A DNA stretch of 63,891 nt from Acidimicrobiales bacterium (GCA_038253125.1 JBBSHM010000006.1:1-63891); one strand, 5' to 3'. Positions 1 through 9,961 are shown, counted from the first letter of the stretch. The notes: generated by a model not told the origin, from the letters alone. A program made the numbers and translations.

Positions 1-177
1 CGCCGCCGCTACTACAGCCACCTGTGGCGCCACCACCGCCTGCACCACTACCGCAACGAGGGCTACTGGCTCGGCGTGACCTCGGCGGTGGGCGACGTCC
101 TGCTCGGAACCTGCCCCCGAGGCGGCGCCGTCCCCGTCTCCCCGACGGCCAGGACGCTCGGAGACCCTCTGCTCTAG
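1..177 (+). CDS. Fatty acid hydroxylase/sterol desaturase family protein, 3' end (partial)
   Basis: Frame 1 reads RRRYYSHLWRHHRLHHYRNEGYWLGVTS...PLL*, with an HxxHH histidine box; TAG at 175-177; not in the ORF track. Confidence 0.7.
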   Translation, partial: RRRYYSHLWRHHRLHHYRNEGYWLGVTSAVGDVLLGTCPRGGAVPVSPTARTLGDPLL

Positions 178-298
178 CGACGGTGCTGCCGCTCCAGCGG
201 CCTGATCCGCTCTCGCAACGGCTCTCCTGCTCCTCGACGACCTGAAGCGCGCCGGGTCGACCCTGCGACTCGCTCCTGGCTCGCCCAGGAAGGTGTAA

Positions 299-921
299 TT
301 ATGCGAGAGGGGTTCCAGCCGGCCCGTACCCGAGCGCCTCACCGGTGACCGCATCGATCTCGACGTTCCAATGGGTGGCAGAACCGGGACCCGATGGGCC
401 GCTTGGAAAGAAGGTGATCTGCCCATAGACCGACGCCAGGTAGACTTCCCGATCGGACCCGAGCGCAGCGACGGGGACCCAGTCCTGGTGCAACCTCTGG
501 GCCTCCGCGTATAACTGATAGAACTGAACTGAGACGGTTGTGCATTTTCCAGGTGGAGCTTGACTTTGCCCCAGCACTTGATCAGCGCCCTCAAGCGGAC
601 AACTGGCCGCCGCCAGGCCCACAGATTTTGCCTTAGCAACCGAGATGTACACGCCGCCAGCGTGGTGGCGAACCCCCGGTGCAGCATCTATGGAATCGAC
701 TGGTGGGATCGGTTCGATGCTCACAGGTCCACCTCTGGCTATCGAAATAGCGGTGGTAGCTGGGCGGGTTGACCCTTCGCCGACCCAGACGGGAGCGCAC
801 CGGCCTTCACGTCCTGGGCGGTGGTGGCGGAGGCGCATCCGGCCAACGTGAGACCGAAGAGCGCTGACAACCAGAAGATGGATCGTCCGCCCGACATCGA
901 GCGGCCACCGTTCTTAATCAT
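299..921 (-). pseudogene. Probable frameshifted lipoprotein with PepSY-like C-terminus
   Basis: Lipobox signal (MIKNGGRSMSGGRSIFWLSALFGLTLAGC) is in a frame that stops at 739; the body ending WNVEIDAVTGE is in the 299..838 frame; junction near 760-790. Confidence 0.5.
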
Positions 922-1006
922 GCCCCCGTAAATGTTGCTTTGTTGTACTTGTTGTCCGACGTGCTGGGGAGGCCCGTCACAGTGGGGGAATGCCCGCCGC
1001 CGAAGA

Positions 1007-1462
1007 TCAAGGCGGCGCCGGATAGATGACCGAGGGTTTCGCAGCCGCCGCTCTTGCCGAGACATCTGGATCGTTGAGGTAGGTACTACCGCGCTTGACC
1101 TCCTCCGGGGTCTGCACGAAGCATTCGTTCTCTCCTGTATCGAGCCTGTGCCCACAAGTTGGCCCGACAATCATGCCGACGCTAGTTCCTTCGGTTCCGG
1201 GCACCCGAGGCAGCTCGCTTATCGGGAATCCATTAACGACGCTATCATTGGTGGTATTTGCCAGTTTACCTTGATGGATCTTACGACCGTCCCGATAGAA
1301 CTCATCGGGCTTCGCGGGCTTAGGGTCAGATGCCGCGTAAGCGACAGTGGCCGATCCGGCGCCCACGGCTCCGAGGAGCAATAGAGCAACTGGAGCCCGT
1401 CGGAGGTTGCCAGCCAGCCAAAAGTGGGCGGCTCGTAGAAAGTGCATGCTAAACTCCTTCAA
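1007..1462 (-). CDS. Hypothetical secreted protein (possibly frameshifted near 3' end)
   Basis: Signal-peptide-like ALLLLGAVGAGSATVAYA|ASD; lower GC than the flanks. Confidence 0.55.
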   Translation of the reverse strand: MKEFSMHFLRAAHFWLAGNLRRAPVALLLLGAVGAGSATVAYAASDPKPAKPDEFYRDGRKIHQGKLANTTNDSVVNGFPISELPRVPGTEGTSVGMIVGPTCGHRLDTGENECFVQTPEEVKRGSTYLNDPDVSARAAAAKPSVIYPAPP

Positions 1463-1525
1463 CGTAGAGTCCCCCCTACGTGTGAGTGCATGTTATGCCA
1501 GGCGTCGAGGCAAGTGAAATTGAGT

Positions 1526-1552
1526 GAACGAGCGTACGCTGTACGCTCGTTC
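1526..1552. promoter_or_regulatory. Perfect inverted repeat, operator-like
   Basis: GAACGAGCGTAC-gct-GTACGCTCGTTC, 12-bp arms, intergenic between the island genes and dapC. Confidence 0.55.
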
Positions 1553-1778
1553 CGGTGACGGCACCCTGGTGAGCCAAGACAGCACCCAGGTCGTCAGGCA
1601 AGGATCGCTTCGTGGCACGACGATCTGGGGGTTGAGGCGCCGCTTGGCCCAGCCCGAGGAAAGCAGCCGCCTCGATGTCCTACGATTCGTCAGCCGCAAC
1701 CCGACGACGCGCCGCGTCTCGACAGCTCGAAGGTTGTAGCGATCAAGCGGGGGCGGCACGCCTGGGAGACTCGGTTCC

Positions 1779-2933
1779 GTGACTGCCGGGTTCGTGCCGC
1801 CGCCCTACCCCTACGACCGGCTTGAGGGGCTGAAGGAGATCGCCGCCGCCCATCCTGACGGGCGGGGCCTGGTCGACCTGTCGGTCGGTACCCCGTTCGA
1901 TCCGCCGCCGCCGGCGGTCATAGCCGCCCTCGGCTCCAGTGGCGCCGAGCGCGGCTACCCAACCAGCGTGGGCAGCGCCCGGCTGCGGGAGTCGGCCGCC
2001 GGCTGGATGGCCCGGCGCTTCGGGGTGCGGGTCGAGCCGACGCAGCTGGCCGCCTGCGTGGGCACCAAGGAGTGGGTGGCCACCACCCCGCACTGGCTGC
2101 GCCTGCGCCGCCCCGACCGTGACACCGTCCTCTACCCGGCCACCAGCTACCCCACCTACGCCATGGGGGCCACGTTGGCGGGTTGCCGAGCCGTGCCCTA
2201 CGTGCAGCTGGCGGACGTCGCCGAGGAGGATGGCGCCCGGGCGCTGTGCCTGTGGGTCAACAGCCCATCGAACCCCACCGGCGAGCTGGCCGACCTGGGG
2301 GCGGCGGCGGCGTGGGGCCGCCAGCGTGGCGTGCCCGTGCTCTCCGACGAGTGCTACGCCGAGTTCACCTGGGAGGGGCCGCCCCGCACCATCCTCGAGC
2401 ACGGCCCCGACGGGGTGCTGGCCGCCCACTCGCTGTCGAAGCGCTCAAACCTGGCCGGCGTGCGCGCCGGCTTCTACGCCGGCGACGCTGATCTGGTCAC
2501 GTACCTCTCCGAAGTGCGCAAGCACGCCGGGTTCATGGTGCCGGGCCCGGTGCAGGCCGCCGCTGCCGTGGCCTTCGACGACGACGACCACGTCGACGCC
2601 CAGCGCGAGCGCTACCGGCGCCGGCTGGCCCTGCTGGCCGACGCCCTCGGAACCCCGACGCCGGCCGGCTCGTTCTACCTGTGGGTGGCCGCCCCCGGCG
2701 GCGACGGCTGGGGTATGGCCGCCGACCTGGCCCACCGCGCCGGCTGCCTGACCTCGCCCGGCGACTTCTACGGGCCGACGGGCGCCGGCCACGTCCGGGT
2801 GGCGGCGGTCCAGGCTGACGACCGCCTCGGCCTCGTCGCCGACCGGCTGGCGGCGAGCCGCCCCGCCGATGCGTTCGCCAGAGCGGCGTCGGCAGGGCGG
2901 GACGCAGCCAGGCCGTCCCCCGATCAAGGCTGA
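1779..2933 (+). CDS. dapC: N-succinyldiaminopimelate aminotransferase (class I/II PLP)
   Basis: DLSVGTP, NSPSNPTG, SDECYAEF, SLSKRSNLAG motifs; near dapD. Confidence 0.85.
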   Translation: MTAGFVPPPYPYDRLEGLKEIAAAHPDGRGLVDLSVGTPFDPPPPAVIAALGSSGAERGYPTSVGSARLRESAAGWMARRFGVRVEPTQLAACVGTKEWVATTPHWLRLRRPDRDTVLYPATSYPTYAMGATLAGCRAVPYVQLADVAEEDGARALCLWVNSPSNPTGELADLGAAAAWGRQRGVPVLSDECYAEFTWEGPPRTILEHGPDGVLAAHSLSKRSNLAGVRAGFYAGDADLVTYLSEVRKHAGFMVPGPVQAAAAVAFDDDDHVDAQRERYRRRLALLADALGTPTPAGSFYLWVAAPGGDGWGMAADLAHRAGCLTSPGDFYGPTGAGHVRVAAVQADDRLGLVADRLAASRPADAFARAASAGRDAARPSPDQG

Positions 2934-3021
2934 GCCGCCCATCTGGAACTGGCGCCCAACGGCGGTCCGGCTCCTGTACCTTGGCGGCCAGATCGCGACA
3001 GCCGAACGGGAGCCTCCGCCC

Positions 3022-4218
3022 ATGCCCAGCCGTAGCCTTCGCCTCTGCCTCGCCGCCGGGTGCGCCGTCCTGCTCATGCTCGGCGGCCTGGCCCTGGCGC
3101 CGGCCCGGGCCACCCGGCCCTCGCTGATCGAGGGGCTGCTCGGTCGCTACATCGTCACCCTCAACGACTCGGTGGCCGACCCTGCCGGAACCGCCCGCCG
3201 CCAGACCGGCCTGCTCGGCGGCACCGTCGACCGCGTGTTCGGCTCGGCCCTGAAGGGCTACAGCGCATCGCTGCCCCAGGCGCTTCTCTCCGGTCTCCTA
3301 AACGACCCTGTGGTGCAGTCCGTCGAGCCCGACGTGCAGGTGAAGGCGGCGGCCGTCGAGGTCAGCCCGCCGACCAGCCTGGACCGGCTCGACCAGCGTG
3401 ACCTGCCCCTGTCCCGTACCTACACGTACTCGACGACCGGTGCCGGCGTGCGGGCCTACGTGATCGACACCGGAACCCGGGGTGACCTGCCCGAGTTTGG
3501 GGGTCGGGTCGCCCCCGGCTACAACGTCTTCACCGGCGGCACCGGCGCCAGCGACTGCGTCGGCCATGGCACCCATGTCGCTGGCATAGTGGCCAGCGCC
3601 ACCTATGGCGTGGCCAAGGCGGCCACGATCGTGCCGGTCAACACCTTCGGCTGCTCGGAGTCCACCTCGCTCTCAGCCATCATCGCCGGTGTCGACTGGG
3701 CCACAGCCGACCACCGGCCCGGTCAGCCCGCGGTGGCCAACCTGAGCCTCGGTGGCGGGTCCAGCGCCGCGCTGGACCGGGCCGTAACCGCCCTGTCCAA
3801 CGACGGGGTGGCGGTGGCGGCCGCGGCCGGCAACGACTCGGCCGACGCCTGCACCACCTCGCCGGGCCGGGTGCCGCAGGTGCTCACGGTGGCGGCCAGC
3901 GACATCAACGACGCCATGGCCGGCTTCTCCAACGGCGGCCCGTGCGTCGACATCTTCGCCCCCGGCGTGCGGATCGTCTCCACCGACTTCCGCTCGAACG
4001 GCACCACGGTGATGTCTGGCACTTCGATGGCGGCGCCGCAGGTCACGGGCGCCCTGGCCCGGGAGATGCAGGTGCCGCGGACCAGCTCCCAGCAGGCCCA
4101 GTACCGGGTTCTGGCCCAGGCCACCACCGGCCGAGTCACCGGCACCGGCCCCCGCTGCGCCCTCCTCGTCGGCTGCCGCCCGGCGACCACCGGCAATCGT
4201 CTCCTCTTCACGCCCTGA
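3022..4218 (+). CDS. Secreted subtilisin-like S8 serine protease with I9 propeptide (aqualysin-like)
   Basis: Signal peptide, YIV...GYSA propeptide, catalytic IDTG, GHGTH, SGTSMA. Confidence 0.92.
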   Translation: MPSRSLRLCLAAGCAVLLMLGGLALAPARATRPSLIEGLLGRYIVTLNDSVADPAGTARRQTGLLGGTVDRVFGSALKGYSASLPQALLSGLLNDPVVQSVEPDVQVKAAAVEVSPPTSLDRLDQRDLPLSRTYTYSTTGAGVRAYVIDTGTRGDLPEFGGRVAPGYNVFTGGTGASDCVGHGTHVAGIVASATYGVAKAATIVPVNTFGCSESTSLSAIIAGVDWATADHRPGQPAVANLSLGGGSSAALDRAVTALSNDGVAVAAAAGNDSADACTTSPGRVPQVLTVAASDINDAMAGFSNGGPCVDIFAPGVRIVSTDFRSNGTTVMSGTSMAAPQVTGALAREMQVPRTSSQQAQYRVLAQATTGRVTGTGPRCALLVGCRPATTGNRLLFTP

Positions 4219-4267
4219 GGCCGTTCACCCCCTCAGCCACCTCATGCCCTGATCCACGCCCCGCGGC

Positions 4268-5260
4268 TCAGTTGTGGTGCAGATCCTCGTTGAGGCCGCC
4301 CCACTCACCGATGCGCGTGACGGCCTCAAGGGTGCCGGAGGTCGAGTTGCGGCGGAAGACGAGGCCGGGCCGACCCGACAGGTCCCGGGCTTTGCGCACG
4401 GTCCCGTCGGGAAGGGTGACCTTGCTGCCGGCGGTGATGTAGCAGCCGGCCTCGATGATGCAGCCGTCGCCCAGGCTGATGCCGGTGCCGCTGTTGGCCC
4501 CGAGGAGGCAGCCGGCGCCGATGCGCACCACCTCCCGACCGCCGCCCGAGAGGGTGCCCATGATCGAGGCGCCACCGCCGATGTCGGAGCCGTCGCCCAC
4601 CACCACGCCCGAGGAGATGCGGCCCTCGACCATCGAGGCGCCGAGCGTGCCGGCGTTGAAGTTCACGAAGCCCTCGTGCATGACGGTGGTGCCCTCGGCC
4701 AGGTGGGCGCCGAGGCGGACCCGGTCGGCGTCGGCGATCCGCACGCCCGTCGGCACCACGTAGTCGACCATCCGCGGGAACTTGTCCACCCCGAGCACCG
4801 TCACCGGCCGCCCGGTGGCCCGCAGGCGCAGGCGAGTGGCCTCGAAATCCTCGACGGGACAGGGGCCGACGCTGGTCCACACGACGTTGGCCAGCAGCCC
4901 GAACAGCCCCTCGAGGTTGCACCCGTGCGGCGCCACCAGCCGGGACGAGAGGAGGTGCAGGCGGAGGTAGGCGTCGGCGGCGTCGGCCGGGGGGGCGGCC
5001 AGGTCAGCTGTGACGGTGGCCACCGCCGCCACCCGCACGCCACGGGCGTCGTCGGGGCCGAGGGTGCCGACCAGGCCGGATCCGAGCAGCTCTGCCGCCT
5101 CCCCGGGTTCGAGGGTGGTCGAGGCGGCGACGGGGGGCGGCGGTTGGAGACCGAGGTGCGGAGCGGGGTACCAGGCGTCGAGCAGCTGCCCCCCAGCTGA
5201 GAAGGTGGCCAGGCCGACGCCCCAGGCCCCCGGCGCGCTGGCCGGTGGATCTTTGGTCAT
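4268..5260 (-). CDS. dapD: Tetrahydrodipicolinate N-succinyltransferase, actinobacterial type
   Basis: [46 protein letters not shown]. Confidence 0.95.
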   Translation of the reverse strand: MTKDPPASAPGAWGVGLATFSAGGQLLDAWYPAPHLGLQPPPPVAASTTLEPGEAAELLGSGLVGTLGPDDARGVRVAAVATVTADLAAPPADAADAYLRLHLLSSRLVAPHGCNLEGLFGLLANVVWTSVGPCPVEDFEATRLRLRATGRPVTVLGVDKFPRMVDYVVPTGVRIADADRVRLGAHLAEGTTVMHEGFVNFNAGTLGASMVEGRISSGVVVGDGSDIGGGASIMGTLSGGGREVVRIGAGCLLGANSGTGISLGDGCIIEAGCYITAGSKVTLPDGTVRKARDLSGRPGLVFRRNSTSGTLEAVTRIGEWGGLNEDLHHN

Positions 5261-5278
5261 GGGGCCCAGTCTGGCGGC

Positions 5279-5914
5279 TCAGAGCCGACGGACGACGGTG
5301 ACGACCTTGCCGTAGACCTGGACCTCTTCGGGCTCGAACACCATGGGCTTGTAGCCGCGATCCTCGTTGTGGGGGAGGAGCACGACCTTGCCCTGCTTGC
5401 GGCTCCAGGTCTTGACCGTGGCCTCGCCGCCCGGGATCCCGGCCACGATGACGTCGCCCTTGACGGGCTCGATGTCACTGCGCACGACCACGTGGTCACC
5501 GTCGAAGATGCCGAGGTCGACCATCGAGTCGCCCCGGACCCGGAGGAGGAACAGGTCGCCGGGTCCGGTGAAATCCTCGGGGAACGGGAGCAGCTCGTCG
5601 ACCCGCTCGTCGGCCAGCACCCCGGTTCCGGCGGCCACGTCGCCCACGAGTGGGACGTGGCGGACCGGCCGCCGCTCGGCGGTGACGCCGGAGTGGGGGT
5701 CATAGGTCACCTCGAGCGCCCGGGGCTTGGTGGGGTCCCGCTTCAGGTAGCCCTCGCGCTGGAGGGTGGACAGGTGGGCGTGCACGGTGGACGAGGAAGC
5801 CAGGCCCACCGCCTCGCCGATCTCCCGTACCGACGGCGGGTAGCCGCGGGTGCGCTGGTAAACGGCGATCACATCCAGGATCTGGCGCCGCTTGCCGCTC
5901 AGGACCTCAACCAT
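5279..5914 (-). CDS. lexA: LexA SOS repressor
   Basis: GYPPSVREIG HTH, VAAG cleavage site, GDSM Ser, TVK Lys; GAGGAG RBS before ATG at 5914. Confidence 0.97.
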   Translation of the reverse strand: MVEVLSGKRRQILDVIAVYQRTRGYPPSVREIGEAVGLASSSTVHAHLSTLQREGYLKRDPTKPRALEVTYDPHSGVTAERRPVRHVPLVGDVAAGTGVLADERVDELLPFPEDFTGPGDLFLLRVRGDSMVDLGIFDGDHVVVRSDIEPVKGDVIVAGIPGGEATVKTWSRKQGKVVLLPHNEDRGYKPMVFEPEEVQVYGKVVTVVRRL

Positions 5915-5930
5915 GTGGCTCTCCTCTGCT

Positions 5931-6111
5931 CGAACGCCTGTTCTACCACGACCGACCGCCGCCGGCAAACACCTGTTCGCCGGGATGCACCCGGCCATCC
6001 GATCGTTCGCTGTCACGCCGGTGTGGACGATGGCTCCATGGCCGAACCGACGACCCCACTTGACAGCGAACGCACGTTCGTGGCCCAATGGTCTTGGCGA
6101 ACGCACGTTCG
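5931..6111. promoter_or_regulatory. Four LexA (Cheo-type GAAC-N4-GTTC) boxes in the divergent lexA/lysM promoter
   Basis: GAACgcctGTTC 5932-5943; AAACacctGTTC 5967-5978; GAACgcacGTTC 6068-6079 and 6099-6110; TTGACA at 6060-6065. Confidence 0.9.
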
Positions 6112-6139
6112 TCCCGAGCCCACGCCTGAGGAGGATCCC

Positions 6140-6565
6140 GTGGCTGCCATCGCCGCCTCTCCCACTTCTCCCGGCTCCGCCGGTGCGTCTCTTCCGCTCC
6201 GCCTTCCCTCGGGCTGGCCGATGGGCCGCACGCAGCCCTCGGCTGCGGTCCGTGGGCGTCGGGCGGTGGTGGCCCTCGTGGCCGTCGCCGCTCTCGGGCC
6301 TCTGCTCGGTGCCGGCTCCCTCGCCGGTGCCGGGCAGGCCCCAAGGCCGATGGCGCCCGGCACCGCGTCGGTGGGCGCCACCGCCACCCCCGCCGCTGCC
6401 GCCTCCGCCTCCGCCGTCCACGTCGTCGAGCCGGGGGAGACGCTGTGGACGCTGGCCCGGCGCCTCCAGCCCCAGGGTGACGTGCGCCCGCTGGTCGCCA
6501 GGCTGCAGGTCGCCTCCGGCGGGGGTCCCCTCGTCCCGGGCCAGCGCCTCAGCCTGGCTGTCTAA
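6140..6565 (+). CDS. Membrane-anchored LysM protein, ChiZ/YneA-like SOS division inhibitor
   Basis: GAGGAGG RBS, one TM segment, C-terminal HVVEPGETLWTLA LysM; divergent from lexA. Confidence 0.8.
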   Translation: MAAIAASPTSPGSAGASLPLRLPSGWPMGRTQPSAAVRGRRAVVALVAVAALGPLLGAGSLAGAGQAPRPMAPGTASVGATATPAAAASASAVHVVEPGETLWTLARRLQPQGDVRPLVARLQVASGGGPLVPGQRLSLAV

Positions 6566-6597
6566 CATCGGCTCCTTCCGACGCGAGGAGAGCCAAC

Positions 6598-7626
6598 GTG
6601 AAGGTCGGCCTTTTGACCGGCGGGGGTGACTGCCCGGGGCTGAACGCCGTAATCCGTGCCGTGGTGCGCAAGGGCGAGGCCTGCTACGGCGACGAGCTGG
6701 TGGGCTTCCGCGATGGCTGGCGGGGCGTCCTCGACGGCTCGACCATGCCGCTGTCGGTCGAGTCGTGCCGCGGGATCCTGCCCCGTGGCGGCACCATCCT
6801 CGGCAGCTCGCGAACCAACCCGTACAAGGTCGACGGCGGTGAGGCCAAGGTGCGGGCCACCCTCAGCCGCCTCGGGGTCGACGCCCTGATCGCCATCGGG
6901 GGCGAGGACACCCTGGGCGTGGCCACCAAGCTCGCCGCCGTCGGCGCCCAGGTGGTCGGGGTCCCGAAGACCATCGACAACGACCTGTCAGCCACCGAGG
7001 TCACCTTCGGCTTCCACACCGCCGTCCAGGTCGCCGTCGACGCCATCGACCGCCTCCACACCACCGCCGAGAGCCACGACCGGGTGCTGGTCTGTGAGGT
7101 CATGGGCCGCCACGCCGGGTGGATCGCCACTTACGCAGCCATCGCCGGGGGCGCCGCCGAGCTGATGGTGCCCGAGACGCCGTTCGACATCGAGGTGGTC
7201 TGCGAGAAGCTCGTGGCCCGTCACGCCAAGGGCCGCTACGCCTCCATAGTGGTGGTCGCCGAGGGGGCGGTGCCGAAGGAGGGCACGTTCACCGTGGCCG
7301 ACAAGGGCCTCGACGCCTTTGGCCACGCCCGCCTCGGTGGCATCGGCCAGCAGGTGGCCGAGGAGATCGAGGCCCGCACCGGCTTTGAGACCCGGGTCAC
7401 CGTGCTCGGACACATCCAGCGGGGCGGCACGCCCACCGCCTTTGACCGGGTCCTGTCCACCCGTTTCGGCATCGCCGCCATCGACGCCGTCCACGACGGC
7501 GCCTTTGGCACGATGGTCGCCCTGAGGGCCGACCGCATCGAGCGGGTGCCGCTGGTCGAGGGCACCGGCACCCTGAAGACCGTCGCCCCCGACCTGGTCG
7601 AGGTGGCCGAGGTCTTCTTCGGCTAG
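6598..7626 (+). CDS. pfkA: 6-phosphofructokinase (group III, probably PPi-dependent)
   Basis: TGGGDCPGLN, GGEDT, PKTIDND, EVMGRHAGW, LGHIQRGG. Confidence 0.93.
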   Translation: MKVGLLTGGGDCPGLNAVIRAVVRKGEACYGDELVGFRDGWRGVLDGSTMPLSVESCRGILPRGGTILGSSRTNPYKVDGGEAKVRATLSRLGVDALIAIGGEDTLGVATKLAAVGAQVVGVPKTIDNDLSATEVTFGFHTAVQVAVDAIDRLHTTAESHDRVLVCEVMGRHAGWIATYAAIAGGAAELMVPETPFDIEVVCEKLVARHAKGRYASIVVVAEGAVPKEGTFTVADKGLDAFGHARLGGIGQQVAEEIEARTGFETRVTVLGHIQRGGTPTAFDRVLSTRFGIAAIDAVHDGAFGTMVALRADRIERVPLVEGTGTLKTVAPDLVEVAEVFFG

Positions 7627-7640
7627 GCCGACTGAGCGTC

Positions 7641-9065
7641 ATGGCGGGCATCGTGGTGGTGGGCGCCGGCCTGTGCGGGCTGTCGACGGCGATCATGCTG
7701 GCCGGCGACGGGCACCACGTCACCGTCATCGAGCGCGACCCGGCGCCGCCTCCGGGCGTGGGCGAGGCGGCCTGGCTGGGCTGGGAACGTCGGGGCGTCA
7801 ACCAGTTCCGCCTCCTCCACATGTTCGCCCCCCGTTGGGGCCAGATCGTCGACCGCGAGATGCCGGCGGTGGCGGCGGCGCTGGAGGCGGCCGGCGGCCT
7901 GCGGGCCAACCCGCTGCGCCAGGCGCCCGACTCGATGACCGGGGGCTGGCGGGACGGAGATGAGCGCTTCGAGGTGCTCACGGGACGTCGGCCGGTGGTC
8001 GAGGCCGCCCTGGCCGAGGTGGCCGGGCGCACCCCGGGCGTAGAGGTGCGTCGTGGCGAGAGCGTGGCCGGCCTGCGGACCGGCGAGGCCGCGGGCGGAG
8101 ACCTCGCCCACGTCAGCGGGGTCCGCACCTCCTCGGGCCACGACATCGACGGCGACCTGGTGGTGGATGCGAGCGGCCGCCGGTCAGCGTTGGCATCCTG
8201 GCTGACCGCCGTCGGCGGCCGGGCCCCCGGGGACGAGGTGGAGGAGGCAGGCTTGGTCTACTACGGCCGCCACTTCCGCTCGGCGGACGGGTCGATCCCG
8301 CCCCTGCTCGGCGGGGTCCTCCAGCATCATGAGTCGGTGGGGACGGTGACGCTGCCGGGGGACAACGGCACCTGGGGCGTGGGGATCATCGCCAGCGGCG
8401 CCGACGCCGACCTGCGCCCGCTGCGCAACCCCGACACCTGGAACCGGACCCTGGCCAGCTTTCCGCTCGTGGCCCACTGGGCAGATGCCCAGTCGATCGA
8501 CGACGCCCCCTCGGTGATGGCCGGGCTCGAAGACCGCCGGCGCCGCTTCGTCATCGATGATCGGCCGGTGGCCACCGGGATCGTGGCCGTCGGCGACAGC
8601 TGGGCGTGCACCAACCCCTCTCTCGGCCGGGGGGCGTCACTCGGCCTGATGCAGGTGGAGGTCCTGCGTGACCAGATCCGGACCGTCCCCCTCTCGGATC
8701 ACGTCGGCTTCGCCTTGGCCTTCGACCGGGCCACCGACGCTGTCGTCGGCCCCTGGTACCGGGCCACCCGTGGCTTCGACCGCCACCGCCTGGCCGAGAT
8801 CCACGCCCAGGTCCGAGGAGTCAGCTACCGGTCCGACGACCCGACCTGGGTGCACGCCAAGGCCATGGACCACGGCGCCATGAACGATCCGCAGGTGCTG
8901 CGCGGCCTCGCCCAGATCCTGAGCGTGGTGGCCACGCCGGAGGAGGTCCTGGCCCAGCCCGGGATGAACGAGGCCGTCCGCACGGCCGGGGCCGGCTGGG
9001 AGGACGCCTCGCTCCCCGGCCCGTCGCGCCGCGAGCTGCTCGAGATCGTGCGGGGCCGAGCATGA
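7641..9065 (+). CDS. FAD-dependent oxidoreductase
   Basis: N-terminal GAGLCG Rossmann motif, DASGRRS, GDSWACTNPSLGRG. Confidence 0.85.
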   Translation: MAGIVVVGAGLCGLSTAIMLAGDGHHVTVIERDPAPPPGVGEAAWLGWERRGVNQFRLLHMFAPRWGQIVDREMPAVAAALEAAGGLRANPLRQAPDSMTGGWRDGDERFEVLTGRRPVVEAALAEVAGRTPGVEVRRGESVAGLRTGEAAGGDLAHVSGVRTSSGHDIDGDLVVDASGRRSALASWLTAVGGRAPGDEVEEAGLVYYGRHFRSADGSIPPLLGGVLQHHESVGTVTLPGDNGTWGVGIIASGADADLRPLRNPDTWNRTLASFPLVAHWADAQSIDDAPSVMAGLEDRRRRFVIDDRPVATGIVAVGDSWACTNPSLGRGASLGLMQVEVLRDQIRTVPLSDHVGFALAFDRATDAVVGPWYRATRGFDRHRLAEIHAQVRGVSYRSDDPTWVHAKAMDHGAMNDPQVLRGLAQILSVVATPEEVLAQPGMNEAVRTAGAGWEDASLPGPSRRELLEIVRGRA

Positions 9066-9142
9066 GTCGACGTGAACGGGACCCGCCCATCGGGCTCGAG
9101 GTGAGCGCTGCGGACCTCGTCAGGCAGGCGCCCGGCTGACCG

Positions 9143-9961
9143 TCAGGCACGGGCTCCAGAGCCTTGGCGCTGGCGGTGCAGCTCGAACACCGCCACGGCG
9201 GCGGCGGTGGCCACGTTCAGCGACCCGACGCCAGCCTCGAGGGGGATGGCGCGACGGGCGGCCACCATCTCGGCCACCGCCGGGCTGATGCCCCCGGTCT
9301 CGCCGCCGAGGACGAGCGCCACCCGCTCGGGGAGCGGCTCCCAGATGGTCTCGGGGGCGGCGGCGTCGAGGGCGGTCAGCGACCAGCCGGCGGCGGCCAG
9401 CGCCCGGCAGCCGTCGGCGGCAGTCGTACAGCGCAGCACCCGGGCCCGGAAGGCGATGCCGGCGGAGGCCTTGACCACTAGCGGCCCGAGGTCGGGCGAA
9501 CCCTGCCGGGGGAGGGCCACGGCCAGGCCCGCCGCCGTGGCCACCCGCAGCACCATTCCCACGTTGGCCGGGTTCGTGACGCCGTCAAGCACCACGACGT
9601 CCACGGCGGGCCCGTCGGCTCGCCCGCTCGGCTGGCCCGTTCCGGCCGTGCGGTCCTGGGCCTGTTCAGATGCCGCCAGCCAGGTGTCGAGGTCGGCCAG
9701 GCCGGGGGCCACCACGTCGGCCACCACGCCCTGGTCGTGGCGCCCGTTTCGGGACAGGCGGGTGACCCGGGTGGCGTCGGCCCGCTCCACCCTCACGCCC
9801 CGACGCCGGGCCGCCGACACCAGCTCGTCGACCGACGGTCCGTGGGCCGAGCGGGCCAGCACGACCTTGTCGACGACGATGGTGTCGTCGAGCAGCGCCT
9901 CCAGGACCGGCATCCGGCCGAGGACGGTGACGAAGCGGTCCCGCGGCGACCCCGTGGTCAC
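9143..9961 (-). CDS. TrmH/SpoU family RNA methyltransferase
   Basis: HDQGVVA, LDGVTNPANVG, LGGETGGI, SLNVATA. Confidence 0.88.
   Translation of the reverse strand: MTTGSPRDRFVTVLGRMPVLEALLDDTIVVDKVVLARSAHGPSVDELVSAARRRGVRVERADATRVTRLSRNGRHDQGVVADVVAPGLADLDTWLAASEQAQDRTAGTGQPSGRADGPAVDVVVLDGVTNPANVGMVLRVATAAGLAVALPRQGSPDLGPLVVKASAGIAFRARVLRCTTAADGCRALAAAGWSLTALDAAAPETIWEPLPERVALVLGGETGGISPAVAEMVAARRAIPLEAGVGSLNVATAAAVAVFELHRQRQGSGARA

Noticed and set aside
1524-1739. 71-aa ORF upstream of dapC
   Set aside because: No RBS, no recognisable motif, weak codon bias, and it overlaps the palindrome
5279-6568. 429-aa extended LexA
   Set aside because: The extension is antisense to the LysM gene and crosses the SOS boxes; the RBS-supported start is 5914
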